Positions 1 through 9,866 of a DNA stretch of 32,000 bases are shown here, one piece after another. The notes under the pieces are model-generated. The model ran no database searches. It was not told the DNA's origin and was given only the letters and a program-made list of their open reading frames with translations. The first letter of the stretch is position 1; every line of letters starts with the position of its first letter. Source of the DNA: Gammaproteobacteria bacterium (GTDB lineage Bacteria; Pseudomonadota; Gammaproteobacteria; JBIOEC01); contig OZ257143.1 of the NCBI GenBank assembly GCA_965279305.1, positions 1,110,001 through 1,142,000 of the forward strand, in the 5' to 3' direction. The position numbers and the translations under genes are program-made.

Positions 1-329
1 ATAGAGATAATACCTTGGGTCCTTTGGATTCTTTAGGTAACCCTATTGGGGGTAATATTTTGACCACGGGAACCGTAGAAGTCATTTTCCCTACACCTTT
101 CTTCTCTGATAATGACTCTCTTAGAACCTCTGCGTTTTTAGATGCAGGTAATGTGTTTACCACAGAGCCAGATTTGATCGATAATGGGGGATTAAGGGTT
201 TCTGCTGGTTTAGGCATACAATGGATATCGCCCTTGGGTCCCTTGGTATTTGGCCTAGGCTTCCCGCTAAACGAAGAAGAAGGCGATGATATACAGATAT
301 TCCAGTTTACTATTGGCGCCGTTTATTAA
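1..329 (+). CDS. bamA: BamA (outer membrane protein assembly factor), C-terminal fragment; 5' end lies upstream of the window
   Basis: The frame is open from the window edge to TAA 327-329; the track ORF 15-329 begins at an internal TTG. The sequence is Gly/aromatic-rich and beta-barrel-like, ending ...IQIFQFTIGAVY, like the BamA terminal strand (E. coli ...FQFNIGKTW as recalled). It is followed by skp-lpxD-fabZ-lpxA-lpxB, the conserved bamA neighbourhood. Confidence 0.85.
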   Translation, partial: RDNTLGPLDSLGNPIGGNILTTGTVEVIFPTPFFSDNDSLRTSAFLDAGNVFTTEPDLIDNGGLRVSAGLGIQWISPLGPLVFGLGFPLNEEEGDDIQIFQFTIGAVY

Positions 330-423
330 AGATGCTAAAGATAAAGGGCCAGTCATTGCGTATTCATACTGGAATTGATACCATATATCGAATGACGACA
401 CTACTATTTCAAGGATAATGACT

Positions 424-954
424 ATGAAAAAGCAATTTACCCACTTGACCGCTGCTATTACTTTAAGCGTATTAGGCACTCTCGGTATCACTGGCGCCGG
501 ATATGCCGCTGAGCCAGAAACTCTTCCTATTGCGATCGTGGATGGAAACGTAGTTTTTCAAAAATTTCAGCCTGCTATTGAAGCAGAATTGAAAAAAGAA
601 TTTAAAGATCAGCAACAAAAATTAATGAAATTGCAGGCTGATTTACAAAAAATGAGTGAACAATTAGACAAAGATGCTGAAATTATGTCTGAAGCTGAAG
701 TAGATAAACTTCAACAAAATTTTGCTGAAAAACAAATGGAATTCCAACAATTAAGCGTGGAATACAGTGAAGCGTACAATGAGCGCGGTAACGAAGAGTT
801 CCAAGCATTAATTGAAAAAGTTCAATCTGCTGCTAAAGAAATGGCTAACGAAAAAGGTTATGCACTTGTTATTCAACGTGGTGCTGTCTTATATGCAGAC
901 GATAAATACGATATCACTGCAGAATTAATTAAAGATGTTGAAGGAATGAAATAG
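424..954 (+). CDS. skp: Periplasmic chaperone Skp/OmpH
   Basis: Signal peptide MKKQFTHLTAAITLSVLGTLGITGAGYA, followed by a Lys/Glu/Gln-rich coiled-coil typical of Skp. It sits between bamA and lpxD. ATG 424 is preferred over ATG 418 because AAGGA (411-415) is 8 nt from 424 and only 2 nt from 418. Confidence 0.85.
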   Translation: MKKQFTHLTAAITLSVLGTLGITGAGYAAEPETLPIAIVDGNVVFQKFQPAIEAELKKEFKDQQQKLMKLQADLQKMSEQLDKDAEIMSEAEVDKLQQNFAEKQMEFQQLSVEYSEAYNERGNEEFQALIEKVQSAAKEMANEKGYALVIQRGAVLYADDKYDITAELIKDVEGMK

Positions 955-963
955 TCATTAAGT

Positions 964-2019
964 ATGGGAAAAACATATACACTCAACGAGCTTGCCCAAC
1001 TAACGGGTGCTCGCGTACATGGAGATCCTGACTGCAAAATAACAGGGGTAGCCTCTTTGCAAGAAGCACAGCAAGGGGCTATCACTTTTCTTGCGAACCC
1101 TATCTATCGCAAATATCTTGCAAATACCCACGCCTCAGCGGTTATTTTATCTGAAGATGATGTTCCTTTTTGCTCTACTAATGCGTTAGTCATTAATGAC
1201 CCTTATTCTGCTTACGCCCAAATTACTCAAAGTTTTGCTCCCGCTCCTAATACTACAGTCGGTATACATCCTACGGCTGTGATAGGAAAGGGTACTAAAA
1301 TTGATCCTTCTGCTCGCATAGAAGCCTTGGCCGTGATTGGCGATGGCGCCATTATTGGCGCTCATACCGTTATTGGGGTGGGGTGTGTAGTAGGAGAAAA
1401 GGTGCGTATAGGTGCCCATTCTTTATTGCACTCAAAAGTAACCCTATATCCTGATGTTGTACTTGGTGATCGAGTTGTTCTGCATAGTGGGGTAGTGGTA
1501 GGAAGTGATGGTTTTGGCTTTGCTTTTAGCAAAGAAAAGCTCACTTATATCAAAATTTACCATGCGGGTGGGGTTCAGATCCATAATGATGTGGAAGTGG
1601 GCGCTAATACGACGATAGACAGAGGGGCCTTGAAAGGAACCGATACTATTATTGAGCAGCAAGCCAAAATTGATAATCAGGTGCAAATTGCGCATAATGT
1701 GGTAATAGGTGCTTATACCGTGATAGCGGGTTGTGTAGGTATCGCCGGTAGCGCTAAAATTGGTAAGTTTTGCCAAATTGGCGGGGCTACGGGTATTGCC
1801 GGCCATATTGAAATCGCCGATAATGTAAAAGTGACTGGTATGGCCATGGTGACGCATTCCTTGATGCAGCCAGGTGAGGTATATTCCTCTGGTACTGGGG
1901 TTATGGAAAATGACCAATGGCGTAAAAATGCGGTACGTTTCCGCCATTTAGATGAGTTAACCAGGCGTGTGCAGGCGCTTGAAAAGCAAGTGCAAAAACA
2001 ATTGGAAGGTAAGAAATGA
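964..2019 (+). CDS. lpxD: UDP-3-O-(3-hydroxyacyl)glucosamine N-acyltransferase LpxD
   Basis: 351 aa. The N-terminus ([46 protein letters not shown]) parallels E. coli LpxD. A long left-handed beta-helix hexapeptide-repeat region follows (IGxxxxIG repeats). Synteny is skp-lpxD-fabZ. Confidence 0.95.
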   Translation: MGKTYTLNELAQLTGARVHGDPDCKITGVASLQEAQQGAITFLANPIYRKYLANTHASAVILSEDDVPFCSTNALVINDPYSAYAQITQSFAPAPNTTVGIHPTAVIGKGTKIDPSARIEALAVIGDGAIIGAHTVIGVGCVVGEKVRIGAHSLLHSKVTLYPDVVLGDRVVLHSGVVVGSDGFGFAFSKEKLTYIKIYHAGGVQIHNDVEVGANTTIDRGALKGTDTIIEQQAKIDNQVQIAHNVVIGAYTVIAGCVGIAGSAKIGKFCQIGGATGIAGHIEIADNVKVTGMAMVTHSLMQPGEVYSSGTGVMENDQWRKNAVRFRHLDELTRRVQALEKQVQKQLEGKK

Positions 2020-2477
2020 CAGATACAGATTTTGGGATCCATGATATTTTAAAACGTTTGCCTCATCGCTATCCTTTTTTATTAGTAGATAGAATTATTT
2101 CTTATGAACCCGGTGAGTCTTTGGTTGCTTTAAAAAACGTAACATTTAATGAACCCTTTTTTACAGGACATTTTCCTGAACGTCCTGTGATGCCTGGCGT
2201 ATTAATTATTGAAAGTTTAGCGCAAGCCTGTGGCATATTAAATTTTAAAACCCATAATGTGGATTTTAATACGAATCATAATGTGCTTTTTTACTTGGCT
2301 GGAATTGAAAACTGCCGTTTCAAACGCGTAGTAGAGCCGGGCGATCAATTACATTTACATGTTAAAAAAACCAGACACAAGCAAGACTTGTGGAAGTTTG
2401 ATACGCATGCAGAAGTGGGTGGTGAATTAGCGTGCACTGCCGAAATAATTTGTGTAACAAGGGATATGAGCAAGTGA
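2016..2477 (+). CDS. fabZ: 3-hydroxyacyl-ACP dehydratase FabZ
   Basis: 153 aa with the hot-dog fold signature [13 protein letters not shown]...[23 protein letters not shown]. The start overlaps the lpxD stop as ATGA. Confidence 0.95.
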   Translation: MTDTDFGIHDILKRLPHRYPFLLVDRIISYEPGESLVALKNVTFNEPFFTGHFPERPVMPGVLIIESLAQACGILNFKTHNVDFNTNHNVLFYLAGIENCRFKRVVEPGDQLHLHVKKTRHKQDLWKFDTHAEVGGELACTAEIICVTRDMSK

Positions 2478-3244
2478 TCCACGAAACCGCAATCATTCAT
2501 TCAAGTGCAAAAATTGCAGACGGCGTACATATAGGTCCTTATAGTGTTATTGGTCCTGATGTAGAAATAGGTGAAGGCACACGTGTTGCTTCTCATGTGG
2601 TTGTTAATGGTCCCAGTAAAATTGGAAAAAACAATCAATTTTTTCAATTCTCATCTATAGGTGAAGCACCTCAAGATAAAAAATTTACCGGTGAAACCAC
2701 TTGGTTAGAAATGGGCGATAACAATATTGTTCGTGAATCGTGCACCATCAATAGAGGAACGGGTTTAGGTGGTGGTGTTACACGCGTAGGTAACGGAAAT
2801 TTATTTATGGCATATGTGCATATTGCACATGATTGTATTGTCGGTAATAACATTATTTTTGCAAACAATGCTACTTTAGCCGGTCATATTGAAGTAGAAG
2901 ATTTTGTGGTATTCAGTGGTTTTAGTGCTGTTCATCAATTTTGTCGTATTGGGAAACATAGTTTTTTAGCCAAATGCGCTAAAGTAGGAAAAGACGTAGT
3001 TCCTTTTACTTTAGTAGCAGGTGAAAATGCAACGCCTTACGGATTAAACGTAGAAGGTTTACGCAGACATGGATTCAATACAGAAACCATTGCCAAATTG
3101 CGCCAAGCATACCGCACAATTTATCGCAAAACACTCACATTGCCAGAAGTGATTGCAGAGCTTACTGTATTAGCACAAGATTGTCCTCAAGTAGGTGAAA
3201 TGTTGCGTTTTGTGCAACATTCTCAGCGAGGTATTGTGCGTTGA
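2474..3244 (+). CDS. lpxA: UDP-N-acetylglucosamine O-acyltransferase LpxA
   Basis: Hexapeptide-repeat acyltransferase with an LpxA-type C-terminal helical domain ([12 protein letters not shown]...[10 protein letters not shown]). A GTG at 2474 ([17 protein letters not shown]...) gives about 256 aa, matching the LpxA N-terminus and overlapping the fabZ stop. The track start at 2432 would lie inside fabZ. Confidence 0.92.
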   Translation: MIHETAIIHSSAKIADGVHIGPYSVIGPDVEIGEGTRVASHVVVNGPSKIGKNNQFFQFSSIGEAPQDKKFTGETTWLEMGDNNIVRESCTINRGTGLGGGVTRVGNGNLFMAYVHIAHDCIVGNNIIFANNATLAGHIEVEDFVVFSGFSAVHQFCRIGKHSFLAKCAKVGKDVVPFTLVAGENATPYGLNVEGLRRHGFNTETIAKLRQAYRTIYRKTLTLPEVIAELTVLAQDCPQVGEMLRFVQHSQRGIVR

Positions 3245-4392
3245 GCACGTCAAAGCCAATGACATTCGGTATTATTGCTGGAGAAGCCTCTGGTGATACA
3301 CTGGGTGCTGATCTTATTCAATCCTTAAAACATCACTATCCCAACGCACAATTTATCGGTATTGCTGGTCCCAAAATGCTTACTCAAGGCTGCCAAACAT
3401 TGGCGCCCATGGAAACATTGTCTGTGATGGGTGTGAGTGAAATTATCAAACATTTACCCGCATTATTAACATTAAGACATAAAGTGATCCGTTATTTTTT
3501 AGATAACCCGCCCGATGTTTTTATTGGAATTGATGCGCCAGAGTTTAATTTAACGATAGAAGAGCGCTTAAAAAAAGCAGGGATTAAAACCGTACATTAT
3601 GTGAGTCCTTCTGTCTGGGCATGGAGAAAAGGACGAGTTAAAAAAATAAAACGTGCGGTAGATTTATTACTTACCTTATTTCCTTTTGAAAATCATTTTT
3701 ATGAAGCTCATCAAGTGCCTGTAAAATGTGTGGGTCATTCGTTAGCCGATCATATATCATTAGATAATACTAAAGAAAATGCGCGACAAACACTAGGTTT
3801 AGCTGATGGTCAGTATATTGCTTTATTATCTGGTAGTAGAAGACAAGAACTCGCTTTGCTGACTCCACTATTTTTACAAGCGGCAGAAATTTGTCACCAA
3901 GAATTTCCAGATACGCAATTTTTAATGTCTGCTGCTAACGACGATCGTTATCAACAATTAACCAGCTTCATAGAACAGTATCCTAAACTCAAAGCCATCA
4001 CTCATATTGTTAAAGGCCAAACACAAACTGTAATTGCAGCTTCTGATGTGGTGCTTGCAGCTTCAGGTACGGTAACGCTGGAAACTTTATTAGTGAAACG
4101 ACCATTAGTAGTGGCCTATAAAATGGCGCCGTTTACTTGGTGGTTGGCACAGCGTTTAATTGATACGCCGTATTGTTCATTGCCTAATTTATTAGCAAAT
4201 AAAACGCTAGTGCCGGAATTTTTACAAGAAAATGCGACACCTACGGCTTTAGCTCAAGCCGTGTTAGAATGGTTGATACACCCTGAAAGGGTAGCTGAAT
4301 TAGAACAAGAATATAAAGCCATACATTTAGAATTAAAACGAGATGCCAGCGAAGAAGCAGCTAAAGCCATCGCTGGATTAATAAAAAATTAA
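3241..4392 (+). CDS. lpxB: Lipid-A-disaccharide synthase LpxB
   Basis: 383 aa. The N-terminus FGIIAGEASGDTLGADLIQSLK matches the LpxB signature (E. coli ...[21 protein letters not shown]). The TTG start at 3241 overlaps the lpxA stop; ATG 3259 is an alternative start. Confidence 0.93.
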   Translation: MSTSKPMTFGIIAGEASGDTLGADLIQSLKHHYPNAQFIGIAGPKMLTQGCQTLAPMETLSVMGVSEIIKHLPALLTLRHKVIRYFLDNPPDVFIGIDAPEFNLTIEERLKKAGIKTVHYVSPSVWAWRKGRVKKIKRAVDLLLTLFPFENHFYEAHQVPVKCVGHSLADHISLDNTKENARQTLGLADGQYIALLSGSRRQELALLTPLFLQAAEICHQEFPDTQFLMSAANDDRYQQLTSFIEQYPKLKAITHIVKGQTQTVIAASDVVLAASGTVTLETLLVKRPLVVAYKMAPFTWWLAQRLIDTPYCSLPNLLANKTLVPEFLQENATPTALAQAVLEWLIHPERVAELEQEYKAIHLELKRDASEEAAKAIAGLIKN

Positions 4393-4450
4393 ATCACCTC
4401 TCCCTTGAGGGAGAGGTCGTCGGCCTTCTTGGGACGACGGGTGAGGGCGG
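4393..4450. repeat. GC-rich REP-like palindromic element, possibly the lpxB terminator
   Basis: Perfect hairpin cctctccc-ttga-gggagagg (4397-4416), followed by gtcgtc...gacgac (4416-4421 / 4433-4438) and gtgagggcgg. The composition is strongly GC-rich relative to the flanks. It lies immediately after the lpxB stop. Confidence 0.5.
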
Positions 4451-4474
4451 ATACTAAAGGAATAGGATTAGAAC

Positions 4475-5053
4475 ATGGACAGTAACACTCTTGTCGCAGG
4501 AACTGACGAAGCTGGTAGAGGGGCATTAGCAGGACCGGTTTATGCTGCCGCTGTTATTTTACATCCCGATCATCCTATTCAAGGCTTAAACGATTCTAAG
4601 TTACTCTCAGCCACTCAACGCGAAAAACTGTGCAAAGAAATTGAAGAAAAAGCATTGGCTTGGGCTGTGGCTTATGCGGATGTGGAAGAAATCGATAAAA
4701 TTAATATTTTACAAGCTAGCCTATTAGCCATGCAGCGTGCGGTAATGAAATTATCGGTAATACCCAGTTTAGTATTGGTTGATGGAAGAGAAAAACCTGT
4801 TTTATCTTATCCCGTACGCGCTATTATTGGTGGAGATCGTTTAGAGCCTGCGATCAGTGCGGCTTCTATATTAGCAAAAGTTTATCGTGATAGAGAAATG
4901 TGCTTATTAGATCTCAAATATCCACAATACGGATTTGCGATCCACAAAGGATATGGCACCGAAAAACATATGAAATCATTGCGTGAACAAGGTGTATCGT
5001 TAGTACATAGACGTTCTTATGCGCCTGTTCGTGCACTATTAGAAAGTGTGTAA
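4475..5053 (+). CDS. rnhB: Ribonuclease HII
   Basis: 192 aa. The motif [19 protein letters not shown] (DEAGRG catalytic motif) and the downstream ...DSKLLS...GGDR... are typical of RNase HII. Synteny is lpxB-rnhB-dnaE. Confidence 0.93.
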   Translation: MDSNTLVAGTDEAGRGALAGPVYAAAVILHPDHPIQGLNDSKLLSATQREKLCKEIEEKALAWAVAYADVEEIDKINILQASLLAMQRAVMKLSVIPSLVLVDGREKPVLSYPVRAIIGGDRLEPAISAASILAKVYRDREMCLLDLKYPQYGFAIHKGYGTEKHMKSLREQGVSLVHRRSYAPVRALLESV

Positions 5054-5059
5054 TTTTTT

Positions 5060-8000
5060 ATGCAGCATCCAACATTTATTCATTTAGACATTCATACCGA
5101 ATATTCTATTAGCGATGGGATCTGTCGCATTCCTGATTTATTAGAAACATCGTTGAATCAACATATGCCAGCAGTGGCGATCACCGATAAAACCAATCTT
5201 TTTGGAGCAGTTAAATTTTATCAAGAAGCATTAGAGACAGGCGTTAAACCCATTATTGGTGCTGAGATTTGGGTGAAAAGTTCTGATCCTTCAGATCCCT
5301 TTCTAACACGACTCACTTTACTTTGCAGACATGCTGAAGGTTATCGTCAACTCACGCAATTACTTTCAAGAGCTTATACCCAAAATAGTCATTTCCAGAG
5401 TAGCAGTTTGCAACAAGCGGTTATTTCGTATGATTGGTTATTACCTGATAATACAGATGGTTTGATAGCTATATCTGGTGGCTATTATGGTGATATTGGA
5501 CAAGCCATATTAAATGAACAATCTGACAAAGCTAAAAAATTAGCGCAAGGTTGGGCGGCTTTATTTGATAATCGTTTTTACTTGATGATAAGTCGGGTTG
5601 GTCGTGAGCGCGAAGAATTTTATATTAAGCAAGTGGTCGATTTAGCAAACCAATTGTTATTGCCTATTGTTGCAACTAATGAAGTGCGCTTTATTAAAGC
5701 TGATGATTTTTCGGCGCATGAAGCCCGAGTTGCCATTAATAATGGTTTTACTTTAGAAGATCCAAAACGTCCTCGATATTACACCCCTCAACAATATTGT
5801 CGTAGTGCTAAAGAAATGCAATTGCTTTTTGGTGATTTACCAGAAGCATTACAGAATACAGTGGAAATTTCAAAACGTTGTAATGCTGCACTCACGTTGG
5901 GTCAATATTATTTGCCCTTATTTCCCTTACCGGAAGGAACCACAGAAGAAAAATATTTAGAAGAACAATCTAAAAAAGGATTACAGCGTCGATTAAAAAT
6001 GTTAGGAAAACTTTCAGTAGAAGTATCCTTGCATAGAAATGATGCTGAAGTGATGGTGTATCACGATCGCTTAAAACTTGAATTAGATGTGATCAATAAA
6101 ATGGGGTTTGCAGGATACTTTCTTATCGTTGCTGACTTTATTCAATGGGCAAAAGATCAAAATATTCCGGTAGGTCCAGGACGGGGTTCGGGTGCTGGTT
6201 CTTTAGTGGCCTATTCTTTAGGCATTACTGATTTAGATCCTTTGGAATACGATTTACTATTTGAGCGTTTTCTTAATCCTGAACGTGTTTCATTACCTGA
6301 CTTTGACGTCGATTTCTGCATGCAACGTCGCGATGAAGTGATTGACTATGTGGCTGAGCGTTATGGACGAGATAAAGTGGCTCAGATTATTACGTTTGGT
6401 ACGATGGCTGCAAAAGCGGTTGTGCGCGATGTGGGACGAGTATTGGGATATCCTTATGGATTTGTAGATAAACTCGCTAAATTAATTCCTTTTGAATTGG
6501 GCATGACTTTAAGTAAAGCTTTAGTAGATGCCGAATTATTAAAAATTCGTTATGAACAAGAAGATGAAGTAAAAGAGTTAATTGATCTCGCATTAAAATT
6601 AGAAGGTATTGCTCGTAATGCCGGACGACATGCGGGCGGTGTAGTGATATCTCCTACGCCGTTAACTGATTATGTGCCGCTCTATTGTGAAACCGGTGCT
6701 GATATTAATTTACAGCAAATGGTTACACAGTTTGATAAAGATGACGTTGAAAGTATTGGCTTAGTTAAATTCGACTTTTTAGGATTAAGAACACTAACCA
6801 TTATTCAATGGGCTTGTGAAACGATTAACACATTACCGGATGTGAAAGAGCCCGTTGATATCACTCGAATTCCTTTAAATGATAAAGCCACTTTTCAATT
6901 ATTACAAAAATGTCATACCACGGCTGTATTCCAATTAGAGTCACGTGGAATGAAAGAATTGATCAAGCGATTACAGCCTGATTGTTTTGAAGATATTGTG
7001 GCTTTAGTGGCTTTATTTCGTCCTGGTCCTTTGCAATCAGGAATGGTAGACGATTTTATCAATCGTAAGCATGGACGTGCACGTGTGGTGTATTTACATC
7101 CTGCACTAGAACCTATTTTGCGTCCTACTTATGGGGTTATTCTTTACCAAGAGCAGGTAATGCAAATTGCACAGGTATTAGCTGGCTACACTTTAGGTAG
7201 TGCTGATTTATTACGTAGAGCCATGGGTAAAAAGAAAGCCGAAGAAATGGCATTGCAACGTGAAATTTTTGTGACAGGTGCTGTTAACTTAGGCGTAGTT
7301 GAATCTTTAGCGTCGAATATTTTCGATTTGATGGAAAAATTTGCGGGATATGGTTTTAATAAATCACATTCGGCGGCTTATGCCTTATTAGCTTATCAAA
7401 CAGGGTGGTTAAAAGCACATTATCCCGCCGCTTTTATGGCTGCCGTATTATCTTCTGATATGGATAATACTGATAAAGTGGTGAACTTTATTGATGATTG
7501 TTTATCTAGTGGCGTTAAAGTATTACCGCCTAATATTAATACTAGTTATTACCGATTTACGGTGAGTGAACCTGAAAATGGCCAAACGATTTTATTTGGG
7601 TTAGGCGCTATTAAAGGTGCGGGTGAAGCGGCTATTGAAAATATGATTGCTGCACGTGAAGAGGGTGGACCGTTTACGAGTTTATTTGATTTATGTAGCC
7701 GGGTAGATTCTCGTAAAATAAATCGTCGTGTATTAGAAGCCTTTATTAAGGCGGGTGCCATGGATATGTGGGGTGAACAACGATCTTCTTTATTAGCTTC
7801 TGTTGATAAGGCACTTAAGCTTGCTGAGCAACAGGCTCAGAATCAAAGTTTAGGACAAAATGATTTATTTGGTGAAGGTGAAGAAAAAAACTCTCCTCAT
7901 ACCTATGTGCAAGCACCTGCTTGGAATTTAATGCAATGTTTGGAAGGTGAGAAAGCGACTTTAGGTTTTTATTTAAGTGGTCATCCTTTAGATCCAGTAA

Positions 8001-8575
8001 TGAATGAATTACGACAATTAATTCCGACTTCTCTACGCGAATTAAGAGCGCAGCCTGGGCGAAATCAATGGTTGGCTGGAATGATTTCTATGATCCGCAC
8101 CGTAAAAACTCGCCAAGGCAAGCAAATGCAAATTGTAACCATAGAAGATAAAACCGGAAAAATTGATTTGGTTTTGTTTTCAGATCAAGTCGATTTATAC
8201 CGTGATCTGATTGTCAAAGATGCATTGATATTTGCAGAAGGCGAAGTAACACCTGATGAATACAGTGGCGGATTGCGAGTAAGAGTAAAACGCATTCAAA
8301 ACTTAGCGCAAGCCAGAGTATTATGCGCCACTAAAATTATTATTAATTTGCATGCTCAGCAAGTCAAAGATCAATTTTCTCAACAATTAGCGGGATGGTT
8401 ACAAGCCTATATACCGGGTAGCTGTCCTGTGGAAATTTATTATCAAAGCAACGATGTAGCGGGTGCTCTTCGATTACCTCCAGCTTGGTCAGTCACAGCG
8501 AGTAAAGATTTAATTGCTACGCTAGAAACTCAATTAGGCCCCGATCAAGTGAAAGTCGAATACAAATCTTTATAA
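5060..8575 (+). CDS. dnaE: DNA polymerase III alpha subunit DnaE
   Basis: 1171 aa. It has an N-terminal PHP domain (FIHLDIHTEYSISDG), polymerase core motifs (GPGRGSGAGSLVAYSLGITDLDP, PDFDVDFC, FNKSHSAAYA) and a C-terminal OB-fold region. Confidence 0.97.
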   Translation: MQHPTFIHLDIHTEYSISDGICRIPDLLETSLNQHMPAVAITDKTNLFGAVKFYQEALETGVKPIIGAEIWVKSSDPSDPFLTRLTLLCRHAEGYRQLTQLLSRAYTQNSHFQSSSLQQAVISYDWLLPDNTDGLIAISGGYYGDIGQAILNEQSDKAKKLAQGWAALFDNRFYLMISRVGREREEFYIKQVVDLANQLLLPIVATNEVRFIKADDFSAHEARVAINNGFTLEDPKRPRYYTPQQYCRSAKEMQLLFGDLPEALQNTVEISKRCNAALTLGQYYLPLFPLPEGTTEEKYLEEQSKKGLQRRLKMLGKLSVEVSLHRNDAEVMVYHDRLKLELDVINKMGFAGYFLIVADFIQWAKDQNIPVGPGRGSGAGSLVAYSLGITDLDPLEYDLLFERFLNPERVSLPDFDVDFCMQRRDEVIDYVAERYGRDKVAQIITFGTMAAKAVVRDVGRVLGYPYGFVDKLAKLIPFELGMTLSKALVDAELLKIRYEQEDEVKELIDLALKLEGIARNAGRHAGGVVISPTPLTDYVPLYCETGADINLQQMVTQFDKDDVESIGLVKFDFLGLRTLTIIQWACETINTLPDVKEPVDITRIPLNDKATFQLLQKCHTTAVFQLESRGMKELIKRLQPDCFEDIVALVALFRPGPLQSGMVDDFINRKHGRARVVYLHPALEPILRPTYGVILYQEQVMQIAQVLAGYTLGSADLLRRAMGKKKAEEMALQREIFVTGAVNLGVVESLASNIFDLMEKFAGYGFNKSHSAAYALLAYQTGWLKAHYPAAFMAAVLSSDMDNTDKVVNFIDDCLSSGVKVLPPNINTSYYRFTVSEPENGQTILFGLGAIKGAGEAAIENMIAAREEGGPFTSLFDLCSRVDSRKINRRVLEAFIKAGAMDMWGEQRSSLLASVDKALKLAEQQAQNQSLGQNDLFGEGEEKNSPHTYVQAPAWNLMQCLEGEKATLGFYLSGHPLDPVMNELRQLIPTSLRELRAQPGRNQWLAGMISMIRTVKTRQGKQMQIVTIEDKTGKIDLVLFSDQVDLYRDLIVKDALIFAEGEVTPDEYSGGLRVRVKRIQNLAQARVLCATKIIINLHAQQVKDQFSQQLAGWLQAYIPGSCPVEIYYQSNDVAGALRLPPAWSVTASKDLIATLETQLGPDQVKVEYKSL

Positions 8576-8586
8576 TAGAATGGTCT

Positions 8587-9735
8587 CTAAAAGCTTAAAG
8601 GGAATTCTGCTAGATTGTAAACTGATATTTTGTCACTCAATGGAAAGTTAGTGCTCTTCGGAACAATAACATAAAGATGATCTAGCTTGAGATCATGTAT
8701 TGCGATGTTCATTGACTTAGTTATTTTAGGATTACCTGTATATTTAAATTCAAAGCCCAAACGTTTTCCGTTTTTTATAATGAATAAATCAAGTTCTGCT
8801 TGATTGGAAGTAGCCCAAAAATAACAATCTTCGGGATCGCATTGTAAACGTTGAATAATTTCTTCCATCGCAAAGCCTTCCCAGGAAGCCCCCATTTTTG
8901 GATGTTTTTGTAGTTCTTCAAAGCTTGATAAGCCTAATAATGCATGTAGTAAACCTGAATCCTTAAAATAAGTTTTGCTCGATTTAACTTGTCGTTTTCC
9001 AATATTTTCAAACCAGGGTTTCAGTCTACGCATCATAAAGGTACCTTCTAAAATATCCATATATTTTTGAATGGTTTTATGAGTAAGCCCCATACTAGAA
9101 GCAATATCTGAAGCATTAAAAATTTGCCCATGATAATGAGAAATCATTTGCCAAAAACGTCGCAAAGTAGCTGGTTCAATATTAAATCCTAGAGTAGCTA
9201 AATCTCTCTCTAAAAATGTTTTAATGTATTCTTGGCGCCAACGGTAGCTTGCGCTGTCAGCAGATGCTAAAAATGATCGAGGAAAGCCTCCTCTCCACCA
9301 ACGCTCATTTAAATGATCTTGTCCTATTTCAAAGAGGGCAAAAGGAGGGAGTTCAATGTAGGCAATACGGCCTGCTAATGTTTCGCTGGATTGTTGTATC
9401 AGGTCTCTAGAAGCACTTCCCAATATTAGGTATTTCTGTGTGCTATTGTCGACTAGGTATCTTAATACCGGGAATAGATTAGGGCGTCGCTGTATCTCAT
9501 CAATAACAATATATCCTTCTAAGCTATGTAGGGTTAACTGTGCTTCAGCAAGTCGAGCTTCATCTATTTCACTTTCTAGGTCAAAATAGTGGATAGGGCT
9601 ATCAAGTGATTCACTATACTGCTTAGCGAGTGTAGATTTGCCACATTGTCGCGCGCCGAGAATGGCTACAATCGGGCATATCTTAAATAATTCATGTATT
9701 TCGTCTAAATAGTGTTGTCGAGTTATGATTGGCAT
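8587..9735 (-). CDS. AAA+ ATPase of the AAA_14/DUF4143 type (function unknown)
   Basis: 382 aa. It has a Walker A motif (ILGARQCGKSTL) and a Walker B-like motif (YIVIDEIQ). The overall layout matches the widespread 'ATP-binding protein' family with a C-terminal DUF4143-like region. It lies tail-to-tail with dnaE with only 11 bp between the stops. Confidence 0.75.
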   Translation of the reverse strand: MPIITRQHYLDEIHELFKICPIVAILGARQCGKSTLAKQYSESLDSPIHYFDLESEIDEARLAEAQLTLHSLEGYIVIDEIQRRPNLFPVLRYLVDNSTQKYLILGSASRDLIQQSSETLAGRIAYIELPPFALFEIGQDHLNERWWRGGFPRSFLASADSASYRWRQEYIKTFLERDLATLGFNIEPATLRRFWQMISHYHGQIFNASDIASSMGLTHKTIQKYMDILEGTFMMRRLKPWFENIGKRQVKSSKTYFKDSGLLHALLGLSSFEELQKHPKMGASWEGFAMEEIIQRLQCDPEDCYFWATSNQAELDLFIIKNGKRLGFEFKYTGNPKITKSMNIAIHDLKLDHLYVIVPKSTNFPLSDKISVYNLAEFPLSF

Positions 9736-9780
9736 GGGAAAAAAGAAGCATTTCTAAGTTGATTTAAATAATAGCATATC

Positions 9781-9821
9781 TTCCATGTAATTTGGGAGTG
9801 TCATTACCAATTTACATGGAA
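9781..9821. repeat. Imperfect 15-bp inverted repeat between the mipA stop and the ATPase start (possible terminator or operator)
   Basis: ttccatgtaatttgg (9781-9795) and ccaatttacatggaa (9807-9821) are complementary at 14 of 15 positions, with an 11-nt spacer. There is no clear U-tract on the - strand, so the function is uncertain. Confidence 0.3.
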
Positions 9822-9866
9822 AAATCACATATTACTGTTTTTATATATAGTATTTTTGGCTGGGGA

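Noticed and set aside
1186-2042. Four long antisense ORFs (1186-1419, 1362-1544, 1444-1947, 1713-2042, - strand) inside lpxD.
   Set aside because: They lie entirely opposite the well-supported lpxD hexapeptide-repeat gene. The periodic, repeat-rich coding sequence commonly leaves shadow frames open. The translations are low-complexity and have no recognisable motifs.
2432-2473. 5' extension of lpxA from ATG 2432, as given in the ORF track.
   Set aside because: It would overlap the last 46 nt of fabZ and add [14 protein letters not shown], which has no counterpart in LpxA. GTG 2474 gives the canonical N-terminus.
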